Shown: positions 8,396 through 18,773, numbered from the stretch's first letter. The stretch is 58,256 bases of DNA from Bacilli bacterium (GCA_024407995.1 JAKSVL010000002.1:1-58256), one strand, 5' to 3'. Numbers and translations are program-made. The notes: generated by a model from the sequence alone, not told the origin.

Positions 8396-9850
8396 ATGGA
8401 CAACAAAGAACTAGAAAAGAAAGTTCAGGAACACGCTGAACAAGTCGAGTCAGGAAAACCTAAAGACAAAAAAACGACTATCAAATACATTCTCAACATC
8501 TCGTTAGTGCTTATTATTACTGCGTTAGCTATTTTTCTCGCTATCAAAGATGACGCTAGTGAAATATATAAGACGTTAGCGAGCGCTGATTGGAAATATT
8601 TACTTATCGTGGTTGGCTTAATGCTTGGCTGTATTCTTGTTAGAAGCTTCTTATATTTTGCTTTTGCTCACTTATTTACTCGTAAATACCATTTCCATCA
8701 AGCGATTGCAGTTGACCAAATCGGCCAATTTTATAACGCAATTACTCCTGGTGCTAGTGGTGGCCAAATTATGCAGGCCTATACTTATCGAAAACAAGGC
8801 ATGGCGGTATCTAGCGCGGTTTCAATCTTGGCCATGTATTCCATTGTTTATCAAGTTATTTTAATTATCTTTGGCCTTGTATCTTTTATTGTTAAATATG
8901 ATTTCATTACCGCTCTAGGTTATGTCAAAATTACTCTCAATGATAGTGGTTCTTTGAATCTTCCAATTTGGCCTTTGACTATTGTTGGTTTCTTACTTAA
9001 TGTTGGCGTGATTGCCTTAGTTTTCTTAATGGGCTACTGGCATGGATTCCATAACTTTGTTATGGGCCCTGTTGTTTCTTTGCTAAACAAAATGAGAATT
9101 GTTAAAGATCCTGATAAGACAAGAGAAAACTTAAGAATTCAAGTGGAAAACTTTAAGATTGAGTTCAGACGTTTAAGCACTAATATCCCATTCTTATTAC
9201 TCGTCGTAGTATCATTTACCGCTTATATGTTATTGAAGTTCTCTGTACCATATTTCGTCGGAAAAGCTCTTGGCAACCAAAGCCTTTCTGGTAGTTTCTG
9301 GGATTGCATTTTCTTAAGTAACTACCATCAAATGGTTACCGGGTTAATTCCTATTCCTGGTTCTGCTGGTGTTTCAGAATTCGTTTTCTATAATTTATTC
9401 CTTAATGAAAGCAATATGGAAACTGGATTCTTCTGCGTTTATTCAGATTTTGCCAACCGTGTCGTTGATCCAGCAGCCACTAGAGCATTAGCGAGATCAT
9501 CCCTTCTCATTTGGAGAAGTTCAACATTCGTCATTCCAGTCTTAATTGGTGGTTTTGTTGCAGCGTTCTATCGTTCTTCGCCAAAAGACGAAGTCCATAC
9601 TGGCGAAATGCCAAATCGTCAAACTTTTTACTCATTACAACAGCAAACTTATGTTGAAAGATATCATGATGTTGAATCGTTGGTGGAAACCACTCGTCTT
9701 TCTCGTAAATCAATTATAGATAAGCTTAATCCTTCATCTAGCAAGAAGAAAAAATCTAAAAAGAAAAAAACAAAGAGTCACGTTACTCCTGCAGATATTT
9801 CCAAGCAAGACTATGATGAAGTTAACCTTGAGGACTGGGACAATAATTAA
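8396..9850 (+). CDS. UPF0104 / lysylphosphatidylglycerol-synthase-TM-like (flippase-like) integral membrane protein with Lys-rich C-terminal tail
   Basis: Multi-pass membrane protein with the TPGASGGQ motif typical of this family. Abuts a GT4 glycolipid-synthase-like gene (TAATG overlap). Confidence 0.65.
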   Translation: MDNKELEKKVQEHAEQVESGKPKDKKTTIKYILNISLVLIITALAIFLAIKDDASEIYKTLASADWKYLLIVVGLMLGCILVRSFLYFAFAHLFTRKYHFHQAIAVDQIGQFYNAITPGASGGQIMQAYTYRKQGMAVSSAVSILAMYSIVYQVILIIFGLVSFIVKYDFITALGYVKITLNDSGSLNLPIWPLTIVGFLLNVGVIALVFLMGYWHGFHNFVMGPVVSLLNKMRIVKDPDKTRENLRIQVENFKIEFRRLSTNIPFLLLVVVSFTAYMLLKFSVPYFVGKALGNQSLSGSFWDCIFLSNYHQMVTGLIPIPGSAGVSEFVFYNLFLNESNMETGFFCVYSDFANRVVDPAATRALARSSLLIWRSSTFVIPVLIGGFVAAFYRSSPKDEVHTGEMPNRQTFYSLQQQTYVERYHDVESLVETTRLSRKSIIDKLNPSSSKKKKSKKKKTKSHVTPADISKQDYDEVNLEDWDNN

Positions 9851-11025
9851 TGCGTATTGCAATATTTACTGATGCCTATCCTCCTTTTATTAACGGTGTT
9901 TCCACATCTTGTTTTAATCTTGCGAATTCTTTAATGGCAAAAGGCCATGATGTTTTGGTTATAGCGCCTCGTTCTACAGATGGCAAACTTGAACAAATTG
10001 GCAATGTCTTATATGTACCAGGCCTAAATTTAAAAAAGTTTTACGGGTATCGATTAACAAACTTATTCGCTAATAAACCAATTTCAATTGTGAAAAAATT
10101 TAAGCCTGATGTCATTCACAATCAAACCGACTTTACCATCGGCGTTTTAGCAAGAAGATGCGCTAAAAGATTGAAAGTCCCAATTGTTTATACTTATCAC
10201 ACTTCTTATGAAGACTATACATATTATGTAACCCATGGTGTATTTGATAGATTTGCCAAAAGATTTGTTAGAGATTATTCAAAGGATTTAGCTAATCGTA
10301 TGACAGAATTTATTACTCCTAGTGATAAAACTAAAGAATATATGCGCTTAGTGGGCTCTGATACTTATATCAATGTCATTCCTACTGGTATTGATTTTTC
10401 AATTTTTAAGCCAGAACAAATTGATCGAGAAAAAACTGCTCAATTTAAATTGGAGCACCATATTAAACCAAATACCAAAGTCTTTTTAATCCTAGGTCGT
10501 ATTGCCAAAGAAAAAAGCATGGACGTTTCATTAAGAGGTATTGCGGCCTATCATAGCAAGCACCCTGAAGCTGATATTAAAGTTCTTGTTGTAGGTGGTG
10601 GACCTTATCGCGAAGATTTAGAATTATTGTCTGAAAGCCTAGGCATTTCTCACTTTGTAGATTTTATTGGTCCAGTACCTAGCACAGAAGTACCTTTCTA
10701 TTACAATCTTTGTGATATTTATACCAGTGCTTCAATTACTGAAACACAAGGCTTAACATTCATGGAAGCTATGGCGGCAGAAAAGATTGTTTTAGCGAGA
10801 TTTGATTCCAATTTAACAGGGACGATAATCAATGGTAAAACCGGTTTCTTTTTCACTGATGATGCTTCATTTGTGAGTCAGGTTGAAAAGATTTTCACCT
10901 TAACCAGTGAACAAAAAGACGCAATTATTAAAGACGCTAATGTGGTTTTAGATACTTATTCCATCGAAAAGTTCTATGACAATATAGTGAGGGTATATCA
11001 ACGTGCCATCCGTAAATGCTGGTAA
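9850..11025 (+). CDS. GT4 glycosyltransferase, alpha-monoglucosyl-diacylglycerol synthase-like
   Basis: N-terminus MRIAIFTDAYPPFINGVSTS and the E-x7-E region TETQGLTFMEAMAAEK are typical of GT4 membrane glycolipid synthases. Confidence 0.65.
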   Translation: MRIAIFTDAYPPFINGVSTSCFNLANSLMAKGHDVLVIAPRSTDGKLEQIGNVLYVPGLNLKKFYGYRLTNLFANKPISIVKKFKPDVIHNQTDFTIGVLARRCAKRLKVPIVYTYHTSYEDYTYYVTHGVFDRFAKRFVRDYSKDLANRMTEFITPSDKTKEYMRLVGSDTYINVIPTGIDFSIFKPEQIDREKTAQFKLEHHIKPNTKVFLILGRIAKEKSMDVSLRGIAAYHSKHPEADIKVLVVGGGPYREDLELLSESLGISHFVDFIGPVPSTEVPFYYNLCDIYTSASITETQGLTFMEAMAAEKIVLARFDSNLTGTIINGKTGFFFTDDASFVSQVEKIFTLTSEQKDAIIKDANVVLDTYSIEKFYDNIVRVYQRAIRKCW

Positions 11026-11809
11026 ATACCTCATTAAATCAATTAAAGTCTATAAAGATCATGTGACCTTATCTTTTGTTAAACATGATAAAGTTCAAAT
11101 TTCTAAGGAAGCTTATTTATCTTCTTATTTATATGAAGGAAAAAGCATTTCCAAAAAAGATATTGATAAATTATTAGAAATTACCGCTCTTTCTACCTTA
11201 CTTAACTATGCTTTATCTTTAATTAGCAAAAAGCATTATAGTGAAAGAAAGCTTATTGAAAAATTAAAAGCTAAAGATAATAACAAAACCGCTATTAATG
11301 GAGTGGTTTCTAAATTAAAGGAAAATAATTTGCTTGATGATAAAGCTTTAATGGAAGACTTGATTGCCTGGGACGATGAAAGAAATTTTGGTCATAATAA
11401 AATTATCAAGCATTTAAAGGATCAAGGTATTCCGGATAATCTTGTCGTAAAGGCCCATTTTCCCGTTTCTAACGAGCTTAAGAAAGCTAAGGCTTTATTA
11501 CCCAAGCTCGATAAAAAATACGCTAAATATGCCTTTGAAAGCAAAAAGAAGCATATTTTTAATGCCTTGATTGCCCAAGGCTATGAAATAGAGGTAGCAA
11601 AACAAGTAGTGGGTCTTGCCAAAAAAGACCAACCTAAAAAAGAAAAAGAAAAATTAATGAATGATTTTTTAAAAATTAAACATCGTTATGAAAATAAATA
11701 CGAAGGCTACGAATTAAAGAAAAGAATCTATGCAGCCTTAGTGAACAAAGGTTATAAATATAATGAGATAAAAACAGTATTGGAGGATATAGACTATGAA
11801 AATGATTAA
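11003..11809 (+). CDS. recX: RecX family regulatory protein
   Basis: Size and helical-repeat pattern (ALSLISKKHYSERKLIEKLKAK...) match Firmicute RecX. GTG start lies 9 nt after GAGGG. Confidence 0.65.
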   Translation: MPSVNAGKYLIKSIKVYKDHVTLSFVKHDKVQISKEAYLSSYLYEGKSISKKDIDKLLEITALSTLLNYALSLISKKHYSERKLIEKLKAKDNNKTAINGVVSKLKENNLLDDKALMEDLIAWDDERNFGHNKIIKHLKDQGIPDNLVVKAHFPVSNELKKAKALLPKLDKKYAKYAFESKKKHIFNALIAQGYEIEVAKQVVGLAKKDQPKKEKEKLMNDFLKIKHRYENKYEGYELKKRIYAALVNKGYKYNEIKTVLEDIDYEND

Positions 11810-12725
11810 TGAGTTAAATGATCACGAACACGTAGAAGGACAATTCCTGGTCGGTAACGTCTCTAAAGGAGTGAATACCGTCGGTGGTTCTTACTTTTCT
11901 CTTGAATTAAGAGATGCCAGTGGCACAATAGCCGCTAAAAAATGGGACGCCACTCTTTTGGATGAACAAATCTTCATTCCTGGTAACGTTATCTCTTTAG
12001 TTGGCGAAACTAATAAATACAAAGAACAATTGCAATTAAAGGTTTTATCCGCGGAACTAGTGTCTTTGGAAGATATTGATGTTGAGAGGTTTGTAAAAGC
12101 TCCTCCAGTAGACAAAGAAATATTAATCAAAAGATTTAAAGATTATGTTGCCTCGGTGAAAAATGAGAATTGTCAGAAATTATTAGCATATTTTGTTAAT
12201 AAATTTGGCGATAATCTCTTTTCTTATCCTGCAGCAGTATCGATTCACCATGAATATAGCAGTGGTTTATTAATGCATTCTGTCACTATGGCAGATCTTG
12301 CTTCCTCGATGTGTGAAATATATGATGCCGATCGTGATTTGGTAATCACTGGCTGCTTGCTTCATGATATGGGCAAAATAATTGAATTAGAAGGACCTAT
12401 CGTCTTTAAATATTCTACTGAAGGTAAATTATTAGGTCATATTAGTATCATGGCTGCGGAAATTAGAAAAGCCGCAAGCGAATTAAAAATCGAAAGTGAA
12501 ATTCCTGTTCTTCTTGAACATATGGTCTTAGCACATCATGGACAACTAGAATTTGGATCTCCTGTTCTCCCGTTAACTAAAGAAGCGCTTCTATTATCTT
12601 TAGTGGATAACCTTGATAGTAAAATGGTTATTGTGAACAAAGTTATGCAAGATGTTGAACCTGGTAACTTCTCTAACAAAGTATTCGCGCTAGATAATCG
12701 TTCATTCTATAAACCAGCAAAATAA
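11796..12725 (+). CDS. yhaM: 3'-5' exoribonuclease YhaM (OB-fold + HD domain)
   Basis: N-terminal OB fold, then HD motifs HHEYSSGLLMHS and LLHDMGK. SD GGAGGA lies 8 nt upstream. Confidence 0.8.
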   Translation: MKMINELNDHEHVEGQFLVGNVSKGVNTVGGSYFSLELRDASGTIAAKKWDATLLDEQIFIPGNVISLVGETNKYKEQLQLKVLSAELVSLEDIDVERFVKAPPVDKEILIKRFKDYVASVKNENCQKLLAYFVNKFGDNLFSYPAAVSIHHEYSSGLLMHSVTMADLASSMCEIYDADRDLVITGCLLHDMGKIIELEGPIVFKYSTEGKLLGHISIMAAEIRKAASELKIESEIPVLLEHMVLAHHGQLEFGSPVLPLTKEALLLSLVDNLDSKMVIVNKVMQDVEPGNFSNKVFALDNRSFYKPAK

Positions 12726-12730
12726 AGAAA

Positions 12731-12777
12731 AAAGAAAAGAACATCGTGATGTAATTTCCAGCGATGTTCTTTTTTTC
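12731..12777. terminator. Bidirectional intrinsic terminator (yhaM / HIT convergent)
   Basis: AGAACATCG (12738-12746) pairs with CGATGTTCT (12762-12770), flanked by an A-run and T6. Confidence 0.75.
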
Positions 12778-13188
12778 TTAAAGATTATTTTTAATTTGCT
12801 CTGCGATCATCGGCAAATTCAAGCCTTCATCATTAGCCTTCAGTTCTAATTCAAAGCCATCGTGCGATTCATAACGAGGAATAACGTGCACGTGGAAGTG
12901 CTTGACTGTTTGTCCCGCCACTTCATAGCAGTTTGTCAAAATATTAACGCCTTTAGCCCCTAAGAATTGGATAGCAATTTGGCCAATTCTTTGTGCGACA
13001 TCAAAGACTTTATGCATAATCTTTTCTGGTGTTGATAAGAAGGTGTCATAATGTTCCTTTGGAATAACCAATGCGTGACCTTTTGTGACTTGTGATATGT
13101 CAAGAAACGCTAATACATCAGCGTCTTCATATAATTTGTAGCAAGGTATTTCTCCTGCCACGATTTTGCAAAATACATCTTTTTCCAT
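12778..13188 (-). CDS. HIT (histidine triad) family nucleotide hydrolase
   Basis: HFHVHVIPR histidine-triad motif; 136 aa. Confidence 0.9.
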   Translation of the reverse strand: MEKDVFCKIVAGEIPCYKLYEDADVLAFLDISQVTKGHALVIPKEHYDTFLSTPEKIMHKVFDVAQRIGQIAIQFLGAKGVNILTNCYEVAGQTVKHFHVHVIPRYESHDGFELELKANDEGLNLPMIAEQIKNNL

Positions 13189-13225
13189 AGTGATACTCCA
13201 ATAGAATTCCTATTGAAATTATAGC

Positions 13226-13254
13226 ACAAAAAAGGAGGTTGTTTAGGCCTCCTT
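13226..13254 (-). terminator. Intrinsic terminator after the lipoprotein operon
   Basis: AAGGAGG/CCTCCTT hairpin with an A-run on the plus strand, which is a T-run on the minus strand. Confidence 0.6.
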
Positions 13255-13270
13255 AATTTGTTTTTTTGAA

Positions 13271-15145
13271 TTAATCGAAGAGATCTGGGAAATTGCTCTT
13301 GAAGTAATCGTAGACAACAGTGTCGTGATATTCAATGTTCATTTCTTCGAGCCAGTGTTTCTTGGATAAATTCTTGTATGTATCGTTATCGGCAACGATT
13401 TTAACGATTTCGTTGATGTAGGTTTCGAGTTGTGCGAGACCATCAGCATCAAGAGTTTCGATGTTCTTCTTATCTAAGTTTTTGGATCTGATTGCATCTT
13501 CGACTAAGACGATGTAATAAGTGCCATCACTTTCGAATAAGATATCTTCTTGAACTGGGTTGCCTTTAATTCTGGTTGTATTTCTTAAGAAATATTTACC
13601 ATTGACTTTACCAACAACATTGATGAAGCTTGTGGTTGATTCACCAGCAGCTTCTGCTTTATCAACATTAGTTGTCCAAGCGCCATCTTCATAAAGGTAT
13701 TCAACACAGAAGTTGTTCTTTTGAACGCCATCTTCGATTGTTGGATTCAATGCGTTAGCAACATTGATATCGAATAATTTACTCTTAATGGATTCTGGTA
13801 AGGAGGATACACCAACAGACTTGATATACCAACCTGTGGAAGTATTATCTTCGAGTTCTAATTCACGGGTCTTGATTTCTTTACCGACTTCAACTGTATA
13901 GCTGTTGTTGCCAGTGTATGAACCTTCGTTTTGAGAAAGTTTTGGATCCGCGGAGATTTTTTCGATTTCTTCCATCATGTCACCATAAGCTGTGCCTTTG
14001 AAATATGGCTTTGCACCTGAAACTAAATATTCAGGAATTGCGGCGTTCATTAAGGCATATTCATCAGTGGTGGCATAATCTGCTTTAGACATGAATGTAC
14101 CTGTCCAAGCATTGGAAACCATTTTGAATGAATTTAAGTCGATTTCTCTTGGAGTAGCAGAGCTATCGAAGATGTAATCGTTGACATATGTATTCATTAA
14201 ATCGGAAGCGCCTTTAGCATATTTGCTGTTGTTCTTAATAGAAAGAACGCTAATGTGACGGGCGGATGTACGACCTAATGTGTCATATGATTTGTCGAGA
14301 ATGTATTGTTCGACTAATAATTGACGATAGATGTCTGGAAGAACTTGTTCTTCAACATATGTGGCATCGTCTTCAGCGGTTTCGCTATCTTCAAGTTTGT
14401 AGTTGCTTTGATAATTTTCACGGTGGAGAATTGTATCTTCGTTACCTTCGATATCTTGAGAAGTTTCTTTAAAGACATCGTAGTCTTCAACTTGAGCAGT
14501 TAAGACGCCTTTGAATGTGTTGACTGGAGTAGCAATCACATTGTTTTCGATGGAGCTAGCGAGAGAACGAACGAATTTAGCTTCGTCAAAGACGTTTTCT
14601 TCACTGTAGCTGCCACCAGAGATTAAGGAATACATCTTTTGAGCAATACGCTTTTCGATGGTGTTCCATTTTTCTTCTAATCTAGCGAATTCAGATAATT
14701 CATTACCTTGCATACGCTCACCTTTGTTATTGGTTGTCCAATAAGCTTTGTGATCGTCGATGAATTTCTTGGCGACATCGCCACCACCAGTTAATTCGTC
14801 ACCATTATGTTGTAAATCTTTAACGGCATCTTTTAATGTGGTTTCACCAAATTTGTTTTCTGGATTGATCTTGCTAGCGGAAACTTTGTTGTAATAACCG
14901 AATACGCTAACAGAGTATTGATATAGTAATTGGTCTAAAACATCACTTGGAATGTTGCCTTCACGAATTGAATCGTAGACATCTGTGAAGTTGTTGTTGT
15001 AGATATCACTATCGTTATTAATTTTGACGATTGGAGAGTTTTCGTCATAATTAGTTGGTTTTGCGATGATATCGCTATCACATGCAGTAAGAGCAAAAGC
15101 GGTTAATAAAGCGATTGCTGAATATTTAATAACATTTTTACGCAT
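13271..15145 (-). CDS. Lipoprotein of unknown function (large, chaperone-like partner of the upstream PrsA-like gene)
   Basis: Best start gives MRKNVIKYSAIALLTAFALTAC (lipobox LTAC). The longer track start (15196) lies inside the upstream gene. No catalytic motif recognised. Confidence 0.7.
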   Translation of the reverse strand: MRKNVIKYSAIALLTAFALTACDSDIIAKPTNYDENSPIVKINNDSDIYNNNFTDVYDSIREGNIPSDVLDQLLYQYSVSVFGYYNKVSASKINPENKFGETTLKDAVKDLQHNGDELTGGGDVAKKFIDDHKAYWTTNNKGERMQGNELSEFARLEEKWNTIEKRIAQKMYSLISGGSYSEENVFDEAKFVRSLASSIENNVIATPVNTFKGVLTAQVEDYDVFKETSQDIEGNEDTILHRENYQSNYKLEDSETAEDDATYVEEQVLPDIYRQLLVEQYILDKSYDTLGRTSARHISVLSIKNNSKYAKGASDLMNTYVNDYIFDSSATPREIDLNSFKMVSNAWTGTFMSKADYATTDEYALMNAAIPEYLVSGAKPYFKGTAYGDMMEEIEKISADPKLSQNEGSYTGNNSYTVEVGKEIKTRELELEDNTSTGWYIKSVGVSSLPESIKSKLFDINVANALNPTIEDGVQKNNFCVEYLYEDGAWTTNVDKAEAAGESTTSFINVVGKVNGKYFLRNTTRIKGNPVQEDILFESDGTYYIVLVEDAIRSKNLDKKNIETLDADGLAQLETYINEIVKIVADNDTYKNLSKKHWLEEMNIEYHDTVVYDYFKSNFPDLFD

Positions 15146-16979
15146 AATAGTAATACATACCTCCTTCCGCGAAGGCACCATAGGTTGAAGCATCACCAGT
15201 ACCTTCGTAAAGTTTGAAGAAATCGTCAGCGATCTTTTCAGAAACTAAACGAGTGTAATAAGTACCAGTTGCACCTGTGGTTGGGTTAACTGTTTGCCAT
15301 GGTTCAACGTTACGGTTGTATTCTTGGACATCAATTAATCTTGTATATGTTTTCCAAACTTTGGCTAAACCTTCTTCTTGTTTTTGTTGGTTGGTGGTTT
15401 GTTGTGTATTGATGTAGGCTTCAATCTTGTCACCTAAACCTTCAGCAGCACCAGTAAATTCAACGTTCATTTGTGTGTCAGAAGTTAACCAATTATAAAG
15501 ACGATAATCATAAGTGGAATCGAAGGAAGTGATTTTGCTCTTCACATCGTTTGCACGAGTGGTGTAATCTTCTTTATCTTGGGAATTAATATAACCGACA
15601 TAAGAATCAGAATTGTAACCGTCTTCACCTGGAATCTTTGTGCTGTAGTAGTCTGCTAAAGTATCATAATCAAACATTGATTTTTCGATAACCATAAGGT
15701 GGATACCGTATTGGCTACGAACACCAATGATGACATTATTTCTTTCATCAACTAAATAACCATCAGCATTGAATCTTGGTAAGTTAGCATCGTAGACGTT
15801 TGCGTCATCGACTAAGTTAGAGAATTCTTCATTTGCATTAGCAGTGTTGAAGCTGCTAGCACCTGATTTACGGTTTTTGATTAAGAAAACATTGTGTAAA
15901 TTGAAATATTTATTCCAAAGAATGTTTCTTGGATAGACTGTTTCACTGCCGTTGGCAATCTTGTTACCGTATTTATCAGCAGTAACTTCTGCATAGTCAC
16001 CCATCTTAACGAATGCTTCGTAAGGAACTTCAACAGCTTTAGCTGGTAAAGCATCATAGACTTCTTGTTCAAAGCCTAAACCTTTTTGAATTGCATCCTT
16101 GGCCGCACTTGTGGCGTGGTTTGGATCATACTTGTAATCATAAGCATAGAGACCTAATTGGAATTCGTTGACCATGCCTAAGCTACCAGAAGAAGCATCA
16201 TTTGTCATGATACCGACATCACCACCGTTAGAGGCGGAACCATCTTCACTATATTTCTTTGCGACTTGGGCAAATGTATATTTGCCAGAAGCAAGAGTAG
16301 TGACGGAGTTATAAAGTAACTTAGCTTGTGCTTCAGAAACTGTTCCTTTGTAGAACTTTTCTTGAGCATCACTTGCTTCGTCAACTTTAACTAAGATGTG
16401 ACGGATGTGGTATGGCATTGCAGATTTAACATTGCTTTGCACTTCAGCGCCAGTGGAATCGACACCGATGAATTCATTCTTTAATGCCTCAGCGTTATCG
16501 TTGTTTGTGGCGTACCAGTTCTTCATGACTTTCTTTTCTTCGTCATAAATGAATTTTTCTAATAATTCTTTTGAACTTTCGACGTTATTGGATTCAAGGA
16601 TAGAATCCCATTCATCATCGTAACTAGTTCCATTGTTTTTAGCATTGGCTTTTGCTTGGTCCTTTTTAGCTTGGACTTCGTTCTTAGCATAGTTTTCGAT
16701 TTCAGAGTAGTTCTTTTCGCCTTCAGCCCAATTTTGAGTTTTGAACTTATAACGAATTAAAACTTCTAAGATCTTTTCATAGAATCTGCTAACGCCAGTA
16801 CTTGTATTTCCGTATTGTTCGTAAACATCATCAGTAATTAAGTCAACTGCTTTTTCTGATCCATAAGGAGTGAAAGTAACAATTGCTTCTTTTGATGAGG
16901 TAACGGAACTACAGGCAGACATTGCCATTGCCGCAATGAAGCTAGTAACTAGTGTTATTGATAGTTTACTTTTCTTCAT
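15138..16979 (-). CDS. PrsA-like foldase lipoprotein with parvulin-type PPIase domain
   Basis: Start MKKSKLSITLVTSFIAAMAMSAC (lipobox) is preceded by AAAGGAGAG. Parvulin motif: HIRHILVKV...FAQVAKKYSEDGSASNGGDVG. Confidence 0.75.
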   Translation of the reverse strand: MKKSKLSITLVTSFIAAMAMSACSSVTSSKEAIVTFTPYGSEKAVDLITDDVYEQYGNTSTGVSRFYEKILEVLIRYKFKTQNWAEGEKNYSEIENYAKNEVQAKKDQAKANAKNNGTSYDDEWDSILESNNVESSKELLEKFIYDEEKKVMKNWYATNNDNAEALKNEFIGVDSTGAEVQSNVKSAMPYHIRHILVKVDEASDAQEKFYKGTVSEAQAKLLYNSVTTLASGKYTFAQVAKKYSEDGSASNGGDVGIMTNDASSGSLGMVNEFQLGLYAYDYKYDPNHATSAAKDAIQKGLGFEQEVYDALPAKAVEVPYEAFVKMGDYAEVTADKYGNKIANGSETVYPRNILWNKYFNLHNVFLIKNRKSGASSFNTANANEEFSNLVDDANVYDANLPRFNADGYLVDERNNVIIGVRSQYGIHLMVIEKSMFDYDTLADYYSTKIPGEDGYNSDSYVGYINSQDKEDYTTRANDVKSKITSFDSTYDYRLYNWLTSDTQMNVEFTGAAEGLGDKIEAYINTQQTTNQQKQEEGLAKVWKTYTRLIDVQEYNRNVEPWQTVNPTTGATGTYYTRLVSEKIADDFFKLYEGTGDASTYGAFAEGGMYYYYA

Positions 16980-17109
16980 TTTTAACTCTCCTTTTTCAAA
17001 TAACAGCGCGAATATTATAAATATTCTAATTTTTTTATGCAATACATTTGTTCACAAAGTCCAAACTAGACCCATTTAATGGAAGCATGATTTAAGAAAA
17101 ATTATCGTA

Positions 17110-17138
17110 TTGATTGCTAATAAATTCTGGCTTATATA
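17110..17138 (+). promoter_or_regulatory. Candidate sigma-A promoter of the suf operon
   Basis: TTGATT, 17-nt spacer, TATATA; 28 nt upstream of the sufC ATG, with a GAGGA SD. Confidence 0.45.
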
Positions 17139-17166
17139 AAATAGTCCAGGAAACTGAGGAATCGCT

Positions 17167-17985
17167 ATGTCAGTACTAAAAATAACTAATCTCCACGCCA
17201 GTGTCGAAGGCAAGGAAATCTTAAAAGGTGTTAATCTTATGATTAACGAAGGCGAAACTGTCGCCATGTTAGGCCCTAATGGCCATGGTAAATCAACTTT
17301 ATTCAATGTCCTTATGGGACATCCAAAATATCAAGTCACAGAAGGCAGTATTTATTTCGATGATAAGGATGTTTTATCACTAACAACTGATGAAAGATCA
17401 AAATTAGGTTTATTTTTAGGCATGCAGTTACCAAGTGAGATTCCCGGTGTGATTAACTCCGACTTTTTAAAAGCCGCAGTTAACGCGAGAAGAGAAAAAC
17501 CGATTTCTACATATAACTTTTATAAATTATTAAATAAAGTGACAACGGAACTCAAAATGCCGTTTGATCTCGCTACCCGTTCTCTCAATGAGGGTTTCTC
17601 TGGTGGCGAAAAGAAAAGAAATGAAATTCTTCAATTAGAACTATTAGAACCAAAAATTGCTCTACTTGATGAAATCGACTCGGGTCTCGATGTCGATGCG
17701 ATGCAAGTGGTTGCTGATGTTATTAGAAAAGAACAGGCTAATGGTCGTGGATTTTTAATCATTTCTCACTATGCAAGACTCTATGATCTTGTAAAACCAA
17801 CTCGAGCGGTCGTCATGATTAATGGTCGTATTGTGCTTGATGGAGGTCCAGAAATCTTCAAGAGAATTGACCAAAATGGCTACGAATTTATCAAGACAGA
17901 ATATGGTGTCGAAATTGATAAAGAAGAACAAGAAATGAACAAAGTCTCAATCGGTTCTTGTGCTGTCAGAGAAGCAATCAAATAA
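17167..17985 (+). CDS. sufC: Fe-S cluster assembly ATPase SufC
   Basis: GPNGHGKST, FSGGEKKRNEILQL, LLDEIDSGLD. Confidence 0.95.
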   Translation: MSVLKITNLHASVEGKEILKGVNLMINEGETVAMLGPNGHGKSTLFNVLMGHPKYQVTEGSIYFDDKDVLSLTTDERSKLGLFLGMQLPSEIPGVINSDFLKAAVNARREKPISTYNFYKLLNKVTTELKMPFDLATRSLNEGFSGGEKKRNEILQLELLEPKIALLDEIDSGLDVDAMQVVADVIRKEQANGRGFLIISHYARLYDLVKPTRAVVMINGRIVLDGGPEIFKRIDQNGYEFIKTEYGVEIDKEEQEMNKVSIGSCAVREAIK

Positions 17986-17986
17986 A

Positions 17987-18772
17987 ATGGAAAGAATTAG
18001 AATTACCAAAGAAAATAAAATGCTTAAGAGCGGTGAATACTTCATCGATTCTTTTGACAACATAGATTTGCAAACAGAGGTTAATTCTGAGTGTGATATT
18101 TTGCTTACTAATTTATCTGATTCTTCTTTATTAAAATTATTAATAAATAAAGATAGCAAGGTAACTTTTTCCGTATTAGCAGATAAACAAATTAATAATG
18201 CTAATATTCGTATTTTATTAAAAAGCAATGCGAGCATTGATGGATATTTTGCAGATTTTTCCAAAGAAGCAATTAATCTCAACTGTACTATTGATCTTGA
18301 TGAAGAAGGAGCTGCTGCTAACTTTAGATTAGCTTCATTAGCGGCTAAGAATGATGTTAAGAAAATTGATGTCTCAATCAATCACAATTCACCTAGAACG
18401 TATGGTAAAGTTGATAACTATGGTGTGTGCAAAGATGATGCCAAAATTACTTTCCTTGGAACCTCATATATTTTGCATGGCGCTGTTAAAAGCAAGACTC
18501 AACAAAACGCTAAGATTATGGTATTTGATAAAGCCAGTAATGCCATTGCGAAGCCGATTTTAAAAATTGATGAAAATGATATTGAAGCCAGTCATGCTGC
18601 TGTTGTTGGCAAAATCAATGACGAGCATTTGTTTTATCTCACTTCTAGAGGTATTGATGAAGCAACCGCTAAAGAGTTAATTACTTTCGGCTATCTCAAA
18701 CCTATTTTGTCAGGATTTAAAGAAGAACAAATCAAAGAACACATTTCCTCTTTGATAGAAGGGAGAATGTAA
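17987..18772 (+). CDS. sufD: Fe-S cluster assembly protein SufD (short form)
   Basis: C-terminal EASHAAVVGKINDEHLFYLTSRGI motif. The ATG at 17987 lies just after the sufC stop; the track GTG at 17960 is an alternative. Confidence 0.8.
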   Translation: MERIRITKENKMLKSGEYFIDSFDNIDLQTEVNSECDILLTNLSDSSLLKLLINKDSKVTFSVLADKQINNANIRILLKSNASIDGYFADFSKEAINLNCTIDLDEEGAAANFRLASLAAKNDVKKIDVSINHNSPRTYGKVDNYGVCKDDAKITFLGTSYILHGAVKSKTQQNAKIMVFDKASNAIAKPILKIDENDIEASHAAVVGKINDEHLFYLTSRGIDEATAKELITFGYLKPILSGFKEEQIKEHISSLIEGRM

Positions 18773-18773
18773 G

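Noticed and set aside
17947-18381. 144-aa minus-strand ORF. Similar antisense track ORFs occur elsewhere, e.g. 29658..29993, 43430..43738, 49407..49784 and 22128..22451.
   Set aside because: They lie entirely inside well-supported conserved genes (sufD, hup, fhs, ychF, mnmG) on the opposite strand. They have no SD or recognisable motifs and have low-complexity composition. They are shadow ORFs.
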